A stretch of 64,000 nt of DNA from Promethearchaeota archaeon. Its GTDB lineage: Archaea; Asgardarchaeota; Lokiarchaeia; Sigyniarchaeales; SOKP01. The stretch is from contig JBHLNZ010000001.1 of assembly GCA_048941015.1 (NCBI GenBank), positions 1-64,000 of the forward strand, given 5' to 3'. The notes beneath the pieces were generated by a model. That model was given only the letters and a program-made list of their open reading frames with translations, did no database searches and was not told the origin of the DNA. Position numbers and translations under genes: made by a program. Of the stretch, positions 58,473 through 64,000 are shown in pieces (within the stretch, counting starts at the first letter, position 1; every line of letters begins with the position of its first letter).

Positions 58473-58964
58473 TTATTCTGTTACATCACTTTCTGGAATT
58501 AAAGTATACTCAGATTTTAGCTGTCTAATAGAAATCATACTATTTACTTTTATGATAGGGACATCTTTTATAACATTTTGAAGCTTTACCCAATATTCAT
58601 CCTGATCTTGCGCACGAATTTTTACTATAAATTCCCATTCTCCTGTAACTACATCGACACTTTCCACGGCTTCATTACTAGCTAGCATTTTACCAAATTT
58701 ATTCCAAGAATCCAAATCTTCATAATATTTACCATCTAATTTCATTAATGCAAAAGCGCAAAACCCACGTTTTACTTTTTTATAATTAAAGACGGCTTTA
58801 TAACCAAGAATTTTACTCTGTTCTTCCAACTTCTTAATATTATAATGTATTGTTGAATTTGCTATATTTAATTTTGAAGCTAAATCCGCTATTTTAGGAC
58901 TACAACTATCAATTTTTGATAATTCAGAGATTAAAATCATTTTTTTAATTTGTTTTTCTTTCAT
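58473..58964 (-). CDS. Lrp/AsnC family transcriptional regulator
   Basis: N-terminal HTH (LASKLNIANSTIHYNIKKLEE..ILGYKA) and RAM domain (VTGEWEFIVKI). Confidence 0.9.
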   Translation of the reverse strand: MKEKQIKKMILISELSKIDSCSPKIADLASKLNIANSTIHYNIKKLEEQSKILGYKAVFNYKKVKRGFCAFALMKLDGKYYEDLDSWNKFGKMLASNEAVESVDVVTGEWEFIVKIRAQDQDEYWVKLQNVIKDVPIIKVNSMISIRQLKSEYTLIPESDVTE

Positions 58965-58969
58965 ATTTT

Positions 58970-59025
58970 TTAAATATTCTTCGAAAATTAATAATTTATG
59001 GTTAATTATTTTGAATATACTTCAA
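58970..59025. promoter_or_regulatory. Paired operator-like sites upstream of the Lrp gene
   Basis: ttaaatattcttcga (58970) and ttgaatatacttcaa (59011), 41 bp apart. Confidence 0.5.
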
Positions 59026-59224
59026 ATATTAAAAATTAATTAGAAAAAATAATATAAACATTTTTACTAAAAAGCAACGTCTTCTTTTCTAATTAGAATA
59101 TTCTAATATTTTCCTATTATTAACAGAATTAGAATAAAGAGGCTATTACTGGCAAGAAATTAGAAAGATAGTGAAGTAAATTTTGATATTAATTCTATAA
59201 TACATTCTTTAAAAATTATATTTT

Positions 59225-59294
59225 TCGAATAATAGACAGTTTTTTATAAAATTATTAAGCATTTTTCGAACAATATTCAAGAAATATTTATATA
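59225..59294 (+). promoter_or_regulatory. Paired operator plus TATA box, near-duplicate of 53487-53556
   Basis: tcgaataatagacag (59225), tcgaacaatattcaa (59266), gaaatatttatata. Confidence 0.65.
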
Positions 59295-59532
59295 TCATGA
59301 GATAATAACATACTTGATTTGATTATATGTTCCCAATATATATTTATGTTAAATTGAGATTAGATTAAAAAGCCTGTTTAACAATGTTTAGATTTATTTT
59401 ACATATTGTTTGTAAAACCATAAACAAATTATTGACTGATCGCCTTTTTGGTTCTTTACTATTAATAATACATTATGGAATTAGAATATCAAATTCTATA
59501 TTTTTAAAAGTTAGAATAATTCAGGGATATTT

Positions 59533-60459
59533 ATGAGCAATTATTTTGAGAAAATGGAAGAACTAAAATATATAGAGATAAATAAAGTAAATACAGACGA
59601 AAAAAACCGTATTCGTACAACTTCTGGAAATAATATTAACAGTATTAAGGATTCTATTAAAAATTTAGGTCTTTTCCACCCTATTATTATTAACAAAAAT
59701 AACAAACTTATCGCAGGTTACAGAAGATTAAAAGCATGTAAGGAACTCGGTTGGAATTTAATACCTGTTTTCATAAAAGAAAATATAAACGAATTAGAAG
59801 AAGTTAACATTGAAATTCAAGAAAATTTGCGAAGAAAAAATCTTTCTCCGTATGAAATTGATATTGCTGTTGCGAAATGGAAAAGAATTTATGAAAAAAT
59901 ATATCCGGAAACAAAATATTTAGCACATGTTAAATCGGGTAGAAGGGACTCTAAAGGACGAATTCAAAGTTTCACCCAAATGGCAGAATCTTCCTCTTGG
60001 ATAAATGAATCAAGAAATGAAGATGATGAAAATGAATCCCTAGACAAAATCAAACGATTCACTAAAATAGCTAGTGAATTAGCTAATGTGTCAGAACGTT
60101 CGATAAGAGATAGAGTCCGAGTTGGAGAAGCTATTCTATTGAAAAAATTTAATGAAAAAGAAATAGAAGATTATGAAAATGGAATTATTACTCACACTGA
60201 AATGCTTGAAAAGGAAAAAAAAAGGCGTAAAAATAATAAGAAGGGAAAAAGAAAAAAAGGTTATAATAATAATTCTAAACCCTCTAACACCTTTGGAAAT
60301 AATCTTATTGAATTTGATAAATATAGATTTTGTAATGACTGTAAAAATGCAGTTTTTTCGTGCTGTCCTGAATGTGGTAAGCAAATAATAATATGCGATA
60401 AAGGTTATTTAATTTTAAAAGGTAAATGCTCAGAGATATGTGAAAAATTTGTTCAATAA
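59533..60459 (+). CDS. ParB/Srx N-terminal domain protein with HTH and Cys-rich C-terminus
   Basis: GLFHPIII, AGYRRLKA (GxRR), ENLRR, HTH ASELANVSERSIRD, C-terminal CxxC..CCxxC..C..CxxxC. Confidence 0.8.
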   Translation: MSNYFEKMEELKYIEINKVNTDEKNRIRTTSGNNINSIKDSIKNLGLFHPIIINKNNKLIAGYRRLKACKELGWNLIPVFIKENINELEEVNIEIQENLRRKNLSPYEIDIAVAKWKRIYEKIYPETKYLAHVKSGRRDSKGRIQSFTQMAESSSWINESRNEDDENESLDKIKRFTKIASELANVSERSIRDRVRVGEAILLKKFNEKEIEDYENGIITHTEMLEKEKKRRKNNKKGKRKKGYNNNSKPSNTFGNNLIEFDKYRFCNDCKNAVFSCCPECGKQIIICDKGYLILKGKCSEICEKFVQ

Positions 60460-60809
60460 AAAAGCCTAGATCTTATTCTTGATTAAATTACATTTTTTCT
60501 CCCAAAGAAGATCTTGAATTCGAGGTTTGAATTGGTATAATAAAATCTAAATTCTTAATTTAATTGAATTCTATTATGTTTTTCTTTAATATTTTCCTGA
60601 ATCTAAAGAAAGGATTATGGATGCTCATGATATCATCGATTTTATCACCACATTACTTTAAAATTTCGTAGTGCTGTATTTAGATTTCTTATTCTTTTCC
60701 TTAGAGAAACCATTCAATAAAGCATAGTTTGAAGATAAATTTTTAAATATCTCAATATGTCTCATTAAATCATATTTAAAACTTATGAAAGAACTAGTAG
60801 GTAATCTAA

Positions 60810-62216
60810 ATGAGAAGAAAAGTAGTTGAAATGATTGAAAATTTAATAATTAACATCATGAAACAAATGCAAATTCCTGGATTGACCATTGCAATTATTC
60901 AAGATGGAGAATTGGTATATTCAGGTGGATTTGGTGCTAGAAATTTGGAAATCAATCTCCCCATGACCGAAAATACTTTATTTGGAATTGGATCAATTAC
61001 TAAATCCTTTACAGCTCTAGCAATAATGCAACTTGTGGAGCAAGGAAAAATAGAACTCAATAGCCCGTTGAATAAGTACATTGATTTTAAATTGGGCTCA
61101 AAGAGAAATCCGATTACAATTCATCATGCTCTTTCCCATTCATCGGGTATTCCAGATTTAAATGGTGCGGTTTTAGCGATAGCAAAAGGTTCCGGTTTTA
61201 TGGATCCATTATATCCTATGAGTAGTCGAAAAGATTTTTTATTACACCTTAACGGTGCATTTAAAGAGATTCTTTATGAACCAGATAAAAATTTTCTTTA
61301 TAATAATGATCTGTTTACATCACTCGGATTAATCATTGAAAGCATAACTGGCATGGAATATGATGTTTACATAAAAGAAAACATTTTAAAACCTCTTGGA
61401 ATGAATAAATCTTTTTTTTCAAGAGATGAATTTGAAAGAGAAGATAATAAAGCCACAGGTTATGTTTCTATAAAGAAGGATGAGCCTCTAAAAGGAATAG
61501 AGCATCTTTGTGATTTTCTCTTATATGCTCCAGGGGGATTAATAACGACAGTAACTCAAATGGTTAACTATATGAAAGGATTGATGAATGGTGGAGTATT
61601 TGAGGGAAATCAAATTATTAAAAAATCATCATTAGAGCAGATGTGGAGTCACCACATTGAGATCCCAGAGAATAATAGATATAGTGTTGCTACAAAAGGA
61701 TGGTATGGTTATGGTTGGATTACAGAAGACTTTTTTGATCATGTATTGATTCACCATGGAGGCAGTATTCCTGGTATATCTGCGATATGTGCCATGATTC
61801 CAGAAAAAAAGTTAGGCATTGTAGTTGGAATAAACCGGGACCTAGGAGAAATGCGTAAAATTCTAATTAGTACTTTAATTGCATTACTTTTAGGAATCAA
61901 TGTGAATGATGCTAATCCAATATTAAATATTCAGAAATTAGTAAAAAAACTTATTGGTAACTATCGATTATACAACAACTTCATGGCTTGTGCAGTATAT
62001 ATTAAAGATGGAATTCTTTATGTTAGAGCAAAATTTCCAATCCCAGGTTATCCTCAAATAAATGCACCAATTGTTGCCCAGAACCTCGATGAATTAAAAT
62101 TCTATATTCCTGTGATATTTCCGGGGTTTAAACTAAACGTTCAGTTTTTCATTGATGAAAATTCGGGAATAGTTCATTTAGTAATAGATAGATATTATTT
62201 TCATAAAATAGAATGA
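60810..62216 (+). CDS. Serine hydrolase, beta-lactamase/AmpC-like (peptidase S12)
   Basis: FGIGSITKSF (SxxK), LSHSSG, YNN, YGYGW, HGG. Confidence 0.9.
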   Translation: MRRKVVEMIENLIINIMKQMQIPGLTIAIIQDGELVYSGGFGARNLEINLPMTENTLFGIGSITKSFTALAIMQLVEQGKIELNSPLNKYIDFKLGSKRNPITIHHALSHSSGIPDLNGAVLAIAKGSGFMDPLYPMSSRKDFLLHLNGAFKEILYEPDKNFLYNNDLFTSLGLIIESITGMEYDVYIKENILKPLGMNKSFFSRDEFEREDNKATGYVSIKKDEPLKGIEHLCDFLLYAPGGLITTVTQMVNYMKGLMNGGVFEGNQIIKKSSLEQMWSHHIEIPENNRYSVATKGWYGYGWITEDFFDHVLIHHGGSIPGISAICAMIPEKKLGIVVGINRDLGEMRKILISTLIALLLGINVNDANPILNIQKLVKKLIGNYRLYNNFMACAVYIKDGILYVRAKFPIPGYPQINAPIVAQNLDELKFYIPVIFPGFKLNVQFFIDENSGIVHLVIDRYYFHKIE

Positions 62217-62449
62217 CAGAATTGAAAAGTATGCTGAAAGAGTTATTAGGATAAGTTCTAACTTACAATTTAGGCAATATTTATTGATTGGAGTTCCTAG
62301 ATTTATTAATTCCAATTCTCCCATAGAATTAAATTTTTTTCAGTTCTTTTTTACCCATTAAACTCTTTTTATTTATTCTTAATTTAAAAATTACAGATAA
62401 ATGATTCTAAGTAAAAAATAGAAATATAATAATAAAAAAAAAAATTTGA

Positions 62450-63853
62450 TTAAAGATTATGCTCCATTAAAAACTTCTTATTCATTTCTACTTTATCAGG
62501 AGTTAGATCATAGATAAAGAGTATGATTAAACCTCCAATTATATAGCAAATTATGGGAATTAAGGCCATTATCACTCTAATACCCCATATGGCTAGAGGA
62601 GCTTGACTTTCAGCGCCAGGTTCGTAAAGCGTTAACTGATGTACTACTGCGAAAATTAAACCTTGAGAAACATATGCTATACGACCTATGAATGTTCTAA
62701 CTCCAGTATAAATGCCCTCTTTCCGTTTCCCTGACTTGACAACAACGTCATCTATGACCTCAGAAAATCCTGGATATGTAAAGATTAATATAGAACCAAA
62801 ACCGAAACCTATAAGCATTATGCTTATAAAGGAGGAAATAATATCTGAAATAAATAATAATGGAATCATTAATATCGAAATCAAGAACATTCCATAAATG
62901 TAAACTTTCCGATTGCCAATTTTTCTCCCAAATTTAAACCAGAATGGTATGGATATTATAGAACCGATGAGAAAAGAACCAGTTATAAGTGTTTCTACAA
63001 GCGGCTCGTTTGATTCCAAAACATATCTTGTCCAAAATGAAACAGAAGGAATCACCAGAGCTGTAAACATTTGAATCATAAGATAAAACACGACGTAAGA
63101 CATGAAATTTTTTTCCTTTATAGCAAATTTTATCGTTTGCCAATACGATTCTCGTTCTTTTTCCTGTTTTTCAATAATGCGGAGTTCTCGAGAGATCAAT
63201 TCCTTATCTTCCTTCATTCCAGGAATGCTAAATATAGTAAAAACAGCTAGTGTAATTGCAACTACTATTGCTGCAGAAATATAAGAGTTTTTATTCCCAT
63301 AAGTAATAAAAATTGGACTTATTATAAAAGCGAGAGTATTTCCGATGATATTCCATATAGTTGTGATTGCTCCGACTTTAGTTCGCTCTTTATGAGAACG
63401 AAACTTGTCTGGCATAAGTGAAAGCCAACTAATTTGCCAAAGAGAATAAGAAAATTCGTAGAGGAGGATGATAATCAAGAGCCAGATGAACATCACTGAT
63501 TGATCGCTAGAAGGTACAGTATACACAAGGATATAGATTAGACTCAGCGAGAATGCTCCTATTATAAACCATGGAAAACGTCTTCCCCATTTTTCCGTAA
63601 ATCTTGTTCTTCTATCTGATAACCATCCTATTAAAGGGTCATTAATCATATTCCAAAATCCATAGATCCCGAACGCAATCCCTATTAATGTAATAGAAAG
63701 GAGCCATTCATTTTCATAAAAAAATATAACTTTCAAGTTAAATGATGTTATTATGAAAGAATCTAGAAATCCCCCTATTCCATATGACCAATGGATCTTA
63801 GAGGAATATTTTACTTCATCATTTTCAGTTGAATTGTTTTGAGTTGATTTCAT
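62450..63853 (-). CDS. MFS glycoside-pentoside-hexuronide (MelB-like) transporter
   Basis: WNMINDPLIGWLSDR, WGRRFPW, VIDD...GKRKEGIY. Confidence 0.9.
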   Translation of the reverse strand: MKSTQNNSTENDEVKYSSKIHWSYGIGGFLDSFIITSFNLKVIFFYENEWLLSITLIGIAFGIYGFWNMINDPLIGWLSDRRTRFTEKWGRRFPWFIIGAFSLSLIYILVYTVPSSDQSVMFIWLLIIILLYEFSYSLWQISWLSLMPDKFRSHKERTKVGAITTIWNIIGNTLAFIISPIFITYGNKNSYISAAIVVAITLAVFTIFSIPGMKEDKELISRELRIIEKQEKERESYWQTIKFAIKEKNFMSYVVFYLMIQMFTALVIPSVSFWTRYVLESNEPLVETLITGSFLIGSIISIPFWFKFGRKIGNRKVYIYGMFLISILMIPLLFISDIISSFISIMLIGFGFGSILIFTYPGFSEVIDDVVVKSGKRKEGIYTGVRTFIGRIAYVSQGLIFAVVHQLTLYEPGAESQAPLAIWGIRVIMALIPIICYIIGGLIILFIYDLTPDKVEMNKKFLMEHNL

Positions 63854-64000
63854 TCTATACCGCCATTAGAAAATTTGTATTAAAAACATTAAGAATACTA
63901 AAACAAAATGTTCTTATTATTTTTATAAATTTTATTAATAGTTAGAATTGTTCTCCTTATTATAAATATCCTAAAAAGAATTTTACTGGAATAATTTTGG

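Noticed and set aside
163-63284. Many 60-110 aa ORFs overlapping larger genes (e.g. 6212..6448, 15818..16126, 31984..32283, 41093..41404, 54516..54818, 56563..56895)
   Set aside because: Antisense or alternate-frame shadows of well-supported genes, with no motifs
1-64000. CRISPR arrays, tRNA/rRNA genes, transposases or integrases
   Set aside because: No regularly spaced repeats, cloverleaf or rRNA-like GC-rich tracts, or recombinase motifs were seen

Overview
AT-rich archaeal chromosomal window, most likely an Asgard archaeon (Lokiarchaeia-like). This is inferred from the archaeal eS1 and uS15 genes, longin/roadblock-type proteins, several MttB paralogs and large glycosylated surface proteins. 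The left part is mostly housekeeping and metabolic genes. It is followed by a 16 kb operon in which two MacB/FtsX-type ABC permeases and their ATPase bracket two giant membrane-anchored surface proteins, one a subtilisin-like protease with a cytoplasmic zinc-ribbon tail. An intact bacterial-type RNase III gene follows. The most unusual locus is 41.0-47.6 kb. There a tandem winged-helix/TPR protein, a radical-SAM homolog that has lost its Fe-S cysteine motif, an orphan OppC permease and an ICMT-family methyltransferase lie divergent from four small ORFs (79, 27, 21 and 22 aa). Three of these are absent from the ORF track, two are clear paralogs and one is Cys-rich. A roughly 230 nt multi-hairpin ncRNA candidate follows them. 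The right part is an amine/amino-acid utilisation region (MtaA-like, corrinoid and MttB operon, amidohydrolases, Lrp regulator, orphan ParB) that shares paired palindromic operators spaced 41-42 bp apart. No rRNA, tRNA, CRISPR array or transposase was seen. All calls rest on motif recognition by eye, without database searches.
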